This document shows positions 18,608-27,248 of a stretch of 64,000 nt of DNA, piece by piece. Both the position numbers and the translations under genes were made by a program. The stretch's first letter is position 1; every line of letters starts with the position of its first letter. Location: IMG/VR virus record IMGVR_UViG_3300048920_000077. The stretch is one strand, 5' to 3'. Source of the stretch: a virus. The notes under the pieces were generated by a model. It had not been told where the DNA came from and made no database searches. It saw only the letters and a list, made by a program, of their open reading frames with translations.

Positions 18608-19357
18608 TTATTCGTGATCATACTCCTGCAACCCATCGATCACAGGACCATCCGCGTCCATATGTGCGGCCTGATACCCGTGTTTATAAAGAGCCGCTTT
18701 TACGGCCAGGATATCCGGCTGTTGCGCTATCCAGTATGCGGATACGTTCTCTTCTTCAATCAGCCCTATCTCGTCCGCTGCATCAAAGCGGATGATCCAG
18801 CCGTATACAGTTGGGTGAATCCAGAAAGGGAGATCCCTGTTGCTGGTGATATCGTTAAGCCCTTTCAGCGTGGCGGGCGTGAGGTGGCAAGTAGACAACC
18901 ACGCGGATCGGTAGTTCTCCTTAAACGGATCAGCGGCGGCGGCCTTTTCTTCGGCTTTTCTGGCAAGGTCGAAAGCGGCGGGATAATCCTCGTTAACCAT
19001 GCCGTCAATGTTCCATACTGCATCGTGATGACCCGCGATCACCCCCATAACAGCCGCGCCCTGGGCACACCATAGCGATCCGATACTGTCAGATTGCACG
19101 AATTCAGGATCGAACCCTTCCACGTTAGCGCCGCAATCCAGCGCGTAAAAGTAGGCCGTTTCAATGTCGCCGTGCATCATTTCGCCGCTGGTGGTTTCGA
19201 AATGCACGATCAACGGATCATTCTCTTCGCGGTCGATATCCAGGATGAAAGCGGTAAACTTTTTAGCGGTAGTCATAGCAATGGCCTCGAAAGCGTCTAA
19301 TTCGGTTAATACGTCGTCTAATGTTGGTTTATTGCGGTTGCCGTTCAGAGTGATCAT
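18608..19357 (-). CDS. hypothetical protein
   Basis: ORF 18608..19375 trimmed to the ATG that forms an ATGA overlap with the upstream stop. No firm family. Confidence 0.6.
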   Translation of the reverse strand: MITLNGNRNKPTLDDVLTELDAFEAIAMTTAKKFTAFILDIDREENDPLIVHFETTSGEMMHGDIETAYFYALDCGANVEGFDPEFVQSDSIGSLWCAQGAAVMGVIAGHHDAVWNIDGMVNEDYPAAFDLARKAEEKAAAADPFKENYRSAWLSTCHLTPATLKGLNDITSNRDLPFWIHPTVYGWIIRFDAADEIGLIEEENVSAYWIAQQPDILAVKAALYKHGYQAAHMDADGPVIDGLQEYDHE

Positions 19358-20163
19358 TTTGCGCCCCATATCCATTTTGTATCGTCTTCACTTACGCCGT
19401 CATAGTTGTTCACGATGCACTCGAAAGGAATATGCCCCGCGATAACCTGGAACACATACGCGCCATTTTCGGCGGCAAATTCTAACCATCCCTCAGCCGG
19501 AAGCCCGAATGATCTACGGTAGACCGTTAACGCCTCCGCAACGATTGCCGCCGCGTTTTCTACGTTGATATGGCAGATGAAAGGGCGTTCAGTGTATCCC
19601 TTATCGCCTAACACCTGATCGGCAATCCACACGGTAAACGGTTTAGTTTGCGGCGCGTCCGGCTGTTCTTTGCCGATCATCGCGTCCACCAGTAAGCGCA
19701 AGCGGTTATGTACACCCCTTTCCCCGTTCTCACTGGTGATCCGTGAGTGTTCCAGTTCACGTCCGTAAAGCGCCCCGCATAACTGATAAGCCGCGTTTAA
19801 CCCGGCGTACACGTTGGTATTACAAAAGCGAAGCGTGACCAGTTGCGCATAATCCGCCGTGACGCCGTCCGTGCCATCGCGCAACCAATAAAACCCCCTG
19901 ATCCATTCCTTATGGCGGCGCGGGTTACTGTTCCCGCTGATCGCATAGGTCAACACGGCTTCCGCGAAGTGTGCGCGGTTATAGGCGGGCATATCCCGAT
20001 CCCACAATTCCAGCATGGTCGCCAGTACAGCCGCGCAAGCCGTCCGCCCGTCCGCCGCCTGTTTAGTGATTAACAGCGCCGCGCCGCGCCAGTTGCCGCC
20101 GTCGTTGATGGTATCAATTGCCCTATGTGCTAACTCACGCGCATTGTTGATTTTAATATTCAT
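19354..20163 (-). CDS. hypothetical protein (269 aa)
   Basis: Long ORF in an operon, with ATGA coupling on both sides. No recognised motifs. Confidence 0.65.
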   Translation of the reverse strand: MNIKINNARELAHRAIDTINDGGNWRGAALLITKQAADGRTACAAVLATMLELWDRDMPAYNRAHFAEAVLTYAISGNSNPRRHKEWIRGFYWLRDGTDGVTADYAQLVTLRFCNTNVYAGLNAAYQLCGALYGRELEHSRITSENGERGVHNRLRLLVDAMIGKEQPDAPQTKPFTVWIADQVLGDKGYTERPFICHINVENAAAIVAEALTVYRRSFGLPAEGWLEFAAENGAYVFQVIAGHIPFECIVNNYDGVSEDDTKWIWGAK

Positions 20164-20423
20164 TTGGTAGTCCCCATGTAAGGCAGTGCAGCATTCAGAT
20201 CCGCGATGATTTGCGCGGCGGTACGGTGATCGCGGGTATCAATCAGCACGGTGTGATCTACCGCGCCGCACGACAGATAGCGATCGTCTAAGGTCTGCGC
20301 GTTTTTCTCCATCTCAACCACGCACGGGATCACAGCGTCGTACACGTCAACGATATAATCCTGGCAATCGTCACCGCCGGATAACAGCGGCATACACACG
20401 GATAAAATAAGGCCGATACTCAT
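20160..20423 (-). CDS. hypothetical small protein with hydrophobic N-terminus
   Basis: 87-aa ORF coupled to its neighbours. The N-terminus MSIGLILSVCMPLLSG is signal-like. Confidence 0.5.
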   Translation of the reverse strand: MSIGLILSVCMPLLSGGDDCQDYIVDVYDAVIPCVVEMEKNAQTLDDRYLSCGAVDHTVLIDTRDHRTAAQIIADLNAALPYMGTTK

Positions 20424-20662
20424 TATTTAATTTCCTTTGCCGCGTCCACCACGGCGATCAAGTAAGACGAAACATAAACAGCATGACGGCACGAAAGAGC
20501 ATTTTTAAATAACATCCAGCGCCCGTCCGTAAATTCAATCCGGTATCCGTCACGGTCGAACGTCAACCCATCGCGGGTTTTCCATCCGGCCAGGTGGCGG
20601 CGTGTTCTGCTGAATTCCGCGCAAGCCTGAACAACCGATCTACGTTCACAGATACCGATCAT
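20423..20662 (-). CDS. hypothetical small protein
   Basis: 79-aa ORF in an operon, 1-nt overlap with the next gene. Confidence 0.5.
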   Translation of the reverse strand: MIGICERRSVVQACAEFSRTRRHLAGWKTRDGLTFDRDGYRIEFTDGRWMLFKNALSCRHAVYVSSYLIAVVDAAKEIK

Positions 20663-20672
20663 GATTTATTCC

Positions 20673-21485
20673 TTAATTCCGGAAATTCGCTAAAACAAGA
20701 TGGAATTTTTCGCCGTGCTGAGGCACACCACAACATTCACATTTAAACGATGTATCTCGTTCTGTTTTGTCATGGTCAATTGAAAGCGTGTTCCACTCGT
20801 TAGCCCACGCAATAACGCCGCGTCGTGCATTCTCTTCAATTTTATCAGTTCCTACGAATCCGCTTGCGTCGTCATTGGCAATCAGACAGGCGCAAGCGTT
20901 ACACACGGAAGCCTGATCAGCGTGTTGCACCTCGTCACCTGGCATGATTCTATAATCCGGCGATTCACCATTCAGGCGCTTAATCATTTCACGCAATCCC
21001 ATATTAATATTTGAAAGGTAAATTCTTTCATTGTCGTTTTCGGTTTCGGCAATGCGCTTATTATTAATTCCGATTTGTTCAGTAATTGGCGCGATCAATT
21101 CCTGGCGGCGGTTATATTCGATATGGGCGTTTACCATTTCCACCAGGCGATCCATATTTTCGGTTAATCCGTTGCCGCTGCAATCCTGCCATTCTGATTG
21201 GGACCAATCATCTAAATTACTGGCGATATAACCGTGTACCGCGTCCGCCATATTTTCATAACCGTTATCTTTCAGTGTTTCGGCGGTTTCGGTCTGGAAA
21301 GCATTTGCCGCACTATTAACGATCAGGCTTGCCAGTAATTCAGAGTTGCGCCATAACAGCTTTTTATCGTACCCACGGCGGCTTTTGCCGTCGTTCAGGA
21401 ATTCCACCAGGGGATTAACATCCACGCCCGCCGCTTTCATGATTGCCGCCGCGTTAATCAGTGCGTTTAATGCTTTCTTGCTCAT
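20673..21485 (-). CDS. hypothetical protein with C-terminal Cys clusters (CNACAC ... CECCG)
   Basis: ORF trimmed to the ATG at 21485 after GAGGAA. First gene behind the promoter at 21541-21568. The Cys pairs suggest a zinc-binding module. Confidence 0.6.
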   Translation of the reverse strand: MSKKALNALINAAAIMKAAGVDVNPLVEFLNDGKSRRGYDKKLLWRNSELLASLIVNSAANAFQTETAETLKDNGYENMADAVHGYIASNLDDWSQSEWQDCSGNGLTENMDRLVEMVNAHIEYNRRQELIAPITEQIGINNKRIAETENDNERIYLSNINMGLREMIKRLNGESPDYRIMPGDEVQHADQASVCNACACLIANDDASGFVGTDKIEENARRGVIAWANEWNTLSIDHDKTERDTSFKCECCGVPQHGEKFHLVLANFRN

Positions 21486-21540
21486 GGTCATTTCCTCGTT
21501 AATCTGTCGTTTCGTTGTTTTTGTTTGGTGGTGCACTGTC

Positions 21541-21568
21541 AAGATAACACATACGCCGCGAAGGTCAA
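21541..21568 (-). promoter_or_regulatory. early promoter (TTGACCTTC family), leftward
   Basis: Minus strand reads TTGACC-16 nt-TATCTT. Shares the -35 flank and the downstream leader with the promoter at 24098-24126. Confidence 0.5.
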
Positions 21569-21592
21569 CCGTTTTTCACCGTAAGCCAGACG

Positions 21593-21632
21593 ACAAAAGG
21601 CCGCAACCCCGCATAAACAGGGGATTGCAGCC
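21593..21632 (-). terminator. intrinsic terminator separating the two leftward accessory operons
   Basis: Minus-strand RNA reads GGCUGCAAUCCCC-loop-GGGGUUGCGGCC (two G-U pairs) followed by UUUUGU. Confidence 0.55.
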
Positions 21633-21670
21633 CGAAAAATTATTTTTCGCGTTATGCGGATTATGTGAAC

Positions 21671-21847
21671 TTAATCACGTTTCGGCTTTTCCGGCAGGAT
21701 GAAGCCCACGAAAGCGGCGGCAATAAACGCCACGCCCGCCGCCGTGAAAAACCAGCGCGGCGAAAGGTACGGATAAGGCAGATTGAACACCACCAGCGCG
21801 GCAAATAACACCATGACCAGGGCAAAGAGACAACGGATTAAAGGCAT
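21671..21847 (-). CDS. small membrane protein (58 aa, two hydrophobic helices); below the ORF-track size cut-off
   Basis: My own translation: MPLIRCLFALVMVLFAALVVFNLPYPYLSPRWFFTAAGVAFIAAAFVGFILPEKPKRD. The ATG at 21847 lies 1 nt after the upstream stop (TGA at 21849-21851). Confidence 0.45.
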   Translation of the reverse strand: MPLIRCLFALVMVLFAALVVFNLPYPYLSPRWFFTAAGVAFIAAAFVGFILPEKPKRD

Positions 21848-21848
21848 A

Positions 21849-22049
21849 TCAGGCCACCTGTAAAATTAAGGTAAATGGATTGTTTGAACAGCCGATCAGG
21901 CGTCCCGTTTTACGTTCACGCAAATAGACCATGCGACGCCCGAAACATTGACGGAATTCAACACGGCAACGGCGATGCACCCGCAACAAGTCACGCCCGA
22001 TATAAAAGCCGATGAAGGCATAGCCGCAAATCAGGAATAACATGATCAT
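21849..22049 (-). CDS. small protein with N-terminal transmembrane segment
   Basis: 66-aa ORF, MIMLFLICGYAFIGFYIG then Arg-rich. ATGA coupling to the upstream gene. Confidence 0.45.
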   Translation of the reverse strand: MIMLFLICGYAFIGFYIGRDLLRVHRRCRVEFRQCFGRRMVYLRERKTGRLIGCSNNPFTLILQVA

Positions 22050-22339
22050 GATTCACGCCCCAGGATCACGGCCTCGTTATCGTCCACCAGCTTAACCAGG
22101 AGACGGCTAAACGCGGTTTCGCTGAATGATCCATGCCAGCCAGCCGCGCCCGCTTCCGTGTGCGACTCTTCGCGCATACAATCAACCATTGCATAAACTT
22201 CATCCTGATAAATAAAGTACAGGGATTGATCGGCGGTTTCATAATCGTAATTTTCGATCTGTTCCTTCTGCTGTTCTTCAGTCAGTTCATGGAAATAAAC
22301 AACGGGGATTGACTCAGTAGTTAAAATTTTAATGGTCAT
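22046..22339 (-). CDS. hypothetical acidic small protein
   Basis: 97-aa ORF in an operon. No family recognised. Confidence 0.55.
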   Translation of the reverse strand: MTIKILTTESIPVVYFHELTEEQQKEQIENYDYETADQSLYFIYQDEVYAMVDCMREESHTEAGAAGWHGSFSETAFSRLLVKLVDDNEAVILGRES

Positions 22340-22349
22340 GGTGATCCCC

Positions 22350-22985
22350 TTATTCGTGGATTTTGCCGTAAGCGGTGAATTCTAAATCGTCGCCGTTGCA
22401 TTCAATATATTCGGCGGTGTATTCGTCGCTTTCCTGATATTCCAGATCCTCAGCCATAGCGACGCAATAAGCATCAATTGCAGCTCGAACAAGATCGCCT
22501 AATTGCGTTTCATCCGTGGGCTTTTTCAGGAATTCACGGAAAGGCTGTAAAAGCGTTTCATCGTGGCATACGCCGGTATAGTTGCAGCAGTCCGCCGCAC
22601 GGTAAACGCCGCTCATACGCTTAACAACGTGATCAGTTTGCTTGAAACCGTAGCGGACGACGTCACGCGGGACGGTGTAAACGCGCGGCCCTGGTTGCAG
22701 TCCCTTAATGTTATTCACGATCCACGTATACAGCCGCGCCCCGCTCACATATTCAGCGGGCAGATCGTCAAAGTCGAGATCTACGCGGCAACCGTCCAGG
22801 CCATAGGACCAATCTTTAATTTCCATCCCGATATCAGCGGCGAAAGCTTCTAAGCTGGCTTTATATTCGGAATAATCAAAATCGTGGTGTTTTAAAATGT
22901 TATTGCGAACAGATTGAAGCGCGATCTTTTTCGCGGCGTCGTTCAGTTCAGAGAAAGAAAACAGGTCAATCGTTAATGTGCGCAT
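22350..22985 (-). CDS. hypothetical protein (211 aa)
   Basis: Clean ORF with an SD-like GAGGA before the ATG. No family recognised. Confidence 0.6.
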   Translation of the reverse strand: MRTLTIDLFSFSELNDAAKKIALQSVRNNILKHHDFDYSEYKASLEAFAADIGMEIKDWSYGLDGCRVDLDFDDLPAEYVSGARLYTWIVNNIKGLQPGPRVYTVPRDVVRYGFKQTDHVVKRMSGVYRAADCCNYTGVCHDETLLQPFREFLKKPTDETQLGDLVRAAIDAYCVAMAEDLEYQESDEYTAEYIECNGDDLEFTAYGKIHE

Positions 22986-23042
22986 GGTAGATCCTCGTTA
23001 TATCGTCGTTATGGTTTCGGCTGTCGTCGTGCAATAAATCAA

Positions 23043-23582
23043 TTACAGATAACGCAATGAAAAAATCCGGTCATCATTGTAAGACTGGATATATTCATGA
23101 ATCCGGTAGCCCTCGATCCCGCTTTCCTTGCTAACCTCGTTAATCATTTCCAGCATAATGCCAGCCGCATGACGGGCAAAACCCTGGATATCTGATCCAT
23201 CCGCTACGCCAGGTTTATAATTCACGCGGATACCATTCGGGAACAACCAACTAAACGCCTTCATATATGCCGCGCCTTTATTGGTGGCGGGCATGAAACG
23301 CACGGTGATAGACATATACAGCGGCATGAATTCCGGTACCTGGTTAATCAGGAATACCCAACCGCCATTATCCGCATGGTGTGGGGCGCTGTTCACGATA
23401 GTAAAACGAGTACCACGCGCCGCGTTAATCTGATCCAACGTGGCAACCACGGCGGCGCGGTGATTCTGTTCACTGTTCAGCGCGTCGTCCCACAAAACAC
23501 GTTTAGTGCCATACTGGCTTTTAACCTGGACGCGCCCCTGTCCGCTTGCGCCTGCTTTATACAGCGTGGTGATAGTTTGCAT
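23043..23582 (-). CDS. hypothetical protein (179 aa)
   Basis: Clean ORF in an operon. No family recognised. Confidence 0.6.
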   Translation of the reverse strand: MQTITTLYKAGASGQGRVQVKSQYGTKRVLWDDALNSEQNHRAAVVATLDQINAARGTRFTIVNSAPHHADNGGWVFLINQVPEFMPLYMSITVRFMPATNKGAAYMKAFSWLFPNGIRVNYKPGVADGSDIQGFARHAAGIMLEMINEVSKESGIEGYRIHEYIQSYNDDRIFSLRYL

Positions 23583-23595
23583 GATGTTCCCCTTA

Positions 23596-24051
23596 TTAAC
23601 GGTTAGATTTACGGATGAAATGCTTTTCTACAGCGGTGCGGTGTTCTTCCCCTAACAGGCCGATCAGGTGTTCAGCCATATCCGCGCAAAGGACGTCGCC
23701 CGCTATCGCGTCCCACGTAAAGCCGCTACGGCTGGACGCTTCGCGCATACTCGCTTTGACCCTGGCGATCTCGTTGCCGTGGCAAGGTTCAACCATGAGC
23801 GCGGTTAACAGGCCGCCGTGTGAAGCAAGCCAGCCCGCGATCACCTCGTCGGAAGGACGGACGGCAACGAGCTGATCCGCGCTGATATCCAGCCAGAAAG
23901 AAAACACATAGCGGACGCCGTCGATCTCCACGGTTTCGGAAAACTCTTTACCTTTGCAGATAACCGCCGCGCTGATATAAGCCGCCGCCGGATTCTGGAC
24001 AGCGCCGCCGCCCGCGAAATATGAATGAGTAAATAAAACTGGTGTATTCAT
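23596..24051 (-). CDS. hypothetical protein (151 aa), first gene behind the promoter at 24098-24126
   Basis: ORF preceded by the AACGAGGCAACAAG leader and SD. Confidence 0.6.
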   Translation of the reverse strand: MNTPVLFTHSYFAGGGAVQNPAAAYISAAVICKGKEFSETVEIDGVRYVFSFWLDISADQLVAVRPSDEVIAGWLASHGGLLTALMVEPCHGNEIARVKASMREASSRSGFTWDAIAGDVLCADMAEHLIGLLGEEHRTAVEKHFIRKSNR

Positions 24052-24097
24052 CTTGTTGCCTCGTTGATTCGTGTCGTTGTTTGGTGGTGCCCGCTAA

Positions 24098-24126
24098 TTA
24101 TTAATGACCTACGCCGTGAAGGTCAA
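24098..24126 (-). promoter_or_regulatory. early promoter (TTGACCTTC family), leftward
   Basis: Minus strand reads TTGACC-17 nt-TAATAA. The leader GCACCACCAAACAA...AACGAGG is duplicated at 21486-21540. Confidence 0.5.
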
Positions 24127-24431
24127 CCACCTATCAAAATTTATTTCACTTTTGCGGACGATCACCACCACCGACAGCGGCCTAAACCCGCGCCCCGCCT
24201 GGCTTCGCGGTATCTGTAGACAGCACGAAAACGCCAGGTGATCACCACCAGCGCCACCCCGACAGCCCGCCAGGCCAGGCGCGGCGCGGCTTCCAGCCGA
24301 TCGCACCCCCGAAAAATCGAAATACGCCCCGAAAATCAACGACTTACAAAAATTTAACTTAAAAACCGACAAACGTGAACACCCCTATCGGGCCAACTTT
24401 TTCTCCGGTATCTGAAAAGAGGTCGAACTCC

Positions 24432-24622
24432 CTTACTCACTTCAAAAAGCCCATGAGCGGATCAATTTTGGCCACGCGTTCTGAGCGTTTCCCGCGCGCT
24501 CTATCACTTCAGCAACCCCGTGAGCGGATCAATTTTGGCCACGCGTTCTGACTCTTTCGCACTATCACTTCGGCAACCCCATGAGCGGATCAATTCTGGC
24601 TGCAGTTTCTGAGCGATTGAAA
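24432..24622. repeat. three tandem direct repeats (69, 61 and 61 bp) just upstream of the rightward early promoter
   Basis: Units start at 24432, 24501 and 24562. The core TGAGCGGATCAATTTTGGCCACGCGTTCTGA is identical in units 1 and 2. Each unit carries GATC; units 1 and 2 also carry the TGGCCA and ACGCGT palindromes (degenerate in unit 3). Confidence 0.8.
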
Positions 24623-24640
24623 AATAATCGTGAAAACGTG

Positions 24641-24670
24641 TTGACCTTCGTGGCGTGTGTCGTTTATATT
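24641..24670 (+). promoter_or_regulatory. early promoter (TTGACCTTC family), rightward
   Basis: TTGACC-18 nt-TATATT, 30 nt before the SD of the first rightward gene. Confidence 0.55.
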
Positions 24671-24699
24671 TCAATCCACCAGCAAACAGGAGCAACAAA

Positions 24700-25002
24700 A
24701 TGCCGAAGAAATTAACCGTCGATACCACTGCAGTCAGTAAGCCGGCCCGCACCGGATTACGCAGCCAACTGGCCGCCCTGCAGGTAGGGCAAAGCGTAAC
24801 GATCAGCGAAGTATCGGTGCCGGAGAAAGGCGAGGCGGCAATCACCGCGGCTATCCGTACCAGCCAGAAGTTACGCAGCAATAACAGCCGGTCAGTCACT
24901 GACGTCCGCAACAAGACCGGCCAGAAGTACACGATCAGCAGTTCAAGAACCTGGGAGAACAACGCGTTCACCTGCCACCTTCAAATCATCCGTATCGCAT
25001 AA
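24700..25002 (+). CDS. hypothetical protein, paralog of 31210..31533
   Basis: ORF trimmed to the ATG after AGGAG. Shares SQ(L/I)AAL..G ... N.(F/Y)...II(R/K)R pattern with 31210..31533. Confidence 0.6.
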   Translation: MPKKLTVDTTAVSKPARTGLRSQLAALQVGQSVTISEVSVPEKGEAAITAAIRTSQKLRSNNSRSVTDVRNKTGQKYTISSSRTWENNAFTCHLQIIRIA

Positions 25003-25006
25003 GGTA

Positions 25007-25960
25007 ATGACCATGACTAAACGTACTTTGCAAGAACACATGCGTCCGGCATACGCCCCGCAGAAACTGTCCCGCCTGCGCATCATGATCGACAAGGAAA
25101 GCCTGTCGACGCAGCCGAACGCAGCATTCATTTCCCTGAGTGCGGTTGTAATGGACTTCGATGCGAAATCGCCCCAGGAGTCCCTGTTGAACCGCTTTAA
25201 CATGTACGTCGCCTTCGACTCGGTGTTCAAATATGCGGACAGCGGCGCGGGCCACATAGACCCGCAGACGATTTTGTGGTGGTTCAGTCAGTCAGATGCT
25301 GCCCGCATGGATCAGGTACACGGACAGGAAGAAGCGCTACCCCTGCGTGACGTACTGGTGGCGTTCAACAACTGGGTGAAAGACATGGCCAACCTGTATG
25401 GGGTACACCGCGACCGCGTCGAAATCTGGTCATGCGGACCAATGCAGGATCAGAACTGGCTGGAACACGCATGGCGTGACACTTTCCCGGACAGCATGTT
25501 TTCCACGAAACCGGAATGGCCATGGTGGGGCGTTCGCTGCGGCCGGTCCTTCCTGTCCACCTTCTACAAAGTGAAAGAAGGCGTGGCCAACGAAGGCACC
25601 CTGCACGTCGGTATCGACGACTGCTGCAACCAGGCTCGCAAGCTGTTCGCCATCATCCGTTCCATTGACCTTGCCGACCCGGACCTGCGTAATGTGATGC
25701 TGCAGAAGGACGGCACATGGCTGGATCTGGACGACTTCTCCCCGCTGAACCTTGTGAACATCGACACGGACGGCACCGAAGAACTGGGGTCAACCGATCA
25801 GGAAGGGACGTTGCTGTTCAACTGGCAGGTGGAGACAAAGGCAAACGGACAGGCCAGCACACACAAGGGAATGTCGCAGCACCAGGCGTATGAGTTCGCC
25901 GAGAAGTGGTATCAGGACCACCCAGGCAGCGCATATCCGACGGTTTCACAGGAGAAATAG
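25007..25960 (+). CDS. DEDDh-type 3'-5' exonuclease (Rv2179c-like)
   Basis: Exo I IMIDKESL, HIDPQTILWW (the T..WW signature of this family) and Exo III HVGIDDC. Confidence 0.7.
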   Translation: MTMTKRTLQEHMRPAYAPQKLSRLRIMIDKESLSTQPNAAFISLSAVVMDFDAKSPQESLLNRFNMYVAFDSVFKYADSGAGHIDPQTILWWFSQSDAARMDQVHGQEEALPLRDVLVAFNNWVKDMANLYGVHRDRVEIWSCGPMQDQNWLEHAWRDTFPDSMFSTKPEWPWWGVRCGRSFLSTFYKVKEGVANEGTLHVGIDDCCNQARKLFAIIRSIDLADPDLRNVMLQKDGTWLDLDDFSPLNLVNIDTDGTEELGSTDQEGTLLFNWQVETKANGQASTHKGMSQHQAYEFAEKWYQDHPGSAYPTVSQEK

Positions 25961-25966
25961 CCAGTA

Positions 25967-26221
25967 ATGAAGCCGATGACAGCAGTATTCGGCGCGGTCG
26001 TGGTATCGGCGGTACTGCTGTTTGCGGCCGAGCCTCGCCACCAGCGCGAAATGGTTCACCTCGTTGACCGGTACGCCGGAAATAACTATCCACCACTAAC
26101 TGAATGGGCTAAAGAGAATGACGACGCAAGTAGAAATACCGCAGGGCGCGGGCAAAACCAACAACCCGAACGGGATCGTCGTAGTACGCGGGAAACAGGG
26201 GTGCGGGAAGACACGCGATAA
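25967..26221 (+). CDS. possible small membrane protein (uncertain)
   Basis: N-terminal TM AVFGAVVVSAVLLFAA. The last ~100 nt overlap the next gene out of frame and look low-complexity. Confidence 0.3.
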   Translation: MKPMTAVFGAVVVSAVLLFAAEPRHQREMVHLVDRYAGNNYPPLTEWAKENDDASRNTAGRGQNQQPERDRRSTRETGVREDTR

Positions 26222-26486
26222 GGACGTGCTGGCGCGCTTCTTCCAGTGTGAGCATATCGTTGACGACGTGGGCTACAACATTTTCCACCGCCCGCACATG
26301 CACAACATGAAGAGTCTGCAGAGCCAGATGCGACAGGCGCTGACTCAACCTGGGCGCGTACTGATCCTGACCTGCGCCGAAGCGCGTCACGTAGAGTACG
26401 CCATGAGCCGTCATTTCCCGACACTCTTTGCCGGAGTGTTCGACTATGACGAAGTAATGTCCACCATCAAAAGCGGGGCGATTTAA
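26118..26486 (+). CDS. small P-loop NTPase-like protein (122 aa)
   Basis: Walker A GKQGCGKT. A hydrophobic strand RVLILT could be Walker B. Confidence 0.5.
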   Translation: MTTQVEIPQGAGKTNNPNGIVVVRGKQGCGKTRDKDVLARFFQCEHIVDDVGYNIFHRPHMHNMKSLQSQMRQALTQPGRVLILTCAEARHVEYAMSRHFPTLFAGVFDYDEVMSTIKSGAI

Positions 26487-26488
26487 CC

Positions 26489-27247
26489 ATGGATAAATTA
26501 CGCAAAACGCAAAAACGTATGCCCGACCTCAATGGTCTTCCTGGTTGGGTAACACTGGCCGAACTGTCTAACGGCGACCAGAAGTTCATCGTACAGCGCC
26601 ACCTGCTGACGATGATCGAGACAACCATCACCCGCGACGAAGCGTTTGTCCTGGTGGAAGCTCTGGTGGATCACTTCACGCTGCCGGCCCCGACGACCAT
26701 CCCGAACGGCCATGGACCGGTCGGTGCGTTCTATGCGCAACTGGACGATGCGCGGGCGCGGGACTGCTCGCACATCTCGCTGTCGCGTGGCCATGCCAAT
26801 CTGGTTGCCGAGCATATCCGGCTGCTGGAAGAACAACTGGCCGCCCTGCAGAAGCAGGTGAACGATCCGGAGCGTGTGCGCCGCCTGAACGAACACGCGG
26901 CCATTATCAATCTGCTCGGCTACGTGCAAGACGGCAGCGATCAGGTCGTCACGCTGTTCCAGGACGACGCCACGCTGGACTGGGTAGTGAAGACCGGCCA
27001 GAAGTCGGAGCACGGCCGCACCCTGGCCGAAGCGTTACGCGCCCACTTCCCCGGTGAGGACGAGGAAAGCCAGCAGGTCAGGAAGTTCCTGTCATCCCAG
27101 TCCCGACTGAAAGAAGTGGATGTCGAGATCCCTGACGAGTGCGTGGCCACCGGCCAGTCGTGTGAGTACGCGCCGGACGGTCCGGACGGCGAGATGCAGT
27201 GCAAATACTGCGGGAAGTCCATCGAACACAAGAACGCGGACGTGTGA
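26489..27247 (+). CDS. hypothetical protein with C-terminal Cys pair (CKYCG)
   Basis: 252-aa clean ORF in an operon. Confidence 0.6.
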   Translation: MDKLRKTQKRMPDLNGLPGWVTLAELSNGDQKFIVQRHLLTMIETTITRDEAFVLVEALVDHFTLPAPTTIPNGHGPVGAFYAQLDDARARDCSHISLSRGHANLVAEHIRLLEEQLAALQKQVNDPERVRRLNEHAAIINLLGYVQDGSDQVVTLFQDDATLDWVVKTGQKSEHGRTLAEALRAHFPGEDEESQQVRKFLSSQSRLKEVDVEIPDECVATGQSCEYAPDGPDGEMQCKYCGKSIEHKNADV

Positions 27248-27248
27248 T

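Noticed and set aside
24450-24600. Resemblance of the repeat core GTGAGCGGATCAATT to the lac operator half-site GTGAGCGGATAACAATT.
   Set aside because: The match is short, needs an indel and lacks the symmetric partner. It is most likely coincidence and no LacI-family gene is present.
24432-24622. Whether the three tandem repeats are a CRISPR array.
   Set aside because: The repeat units abut each other with no unique spacers. There are only three copies of 61-69 bp, no cas genes, and they sit in a promoter region.
24452-24700. Short ORFs that start at the ATG/GTG inside each tandem repeat (MSGSIL...).
   Set aside because: No SD precedes any of them. The reading frames differ after the repeat core, and the third runs through the early promoter.
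24109-24971. ORFs 24109..24372(-) and 24504..24971(-) in or next to the divergent control region.
   Set aside because: The first runs through the GC-rich repeat patch and the leftward promoter. The second is antisense to the first rightward gene and runs through the tandem repeats. Neither has a start context or motifs.
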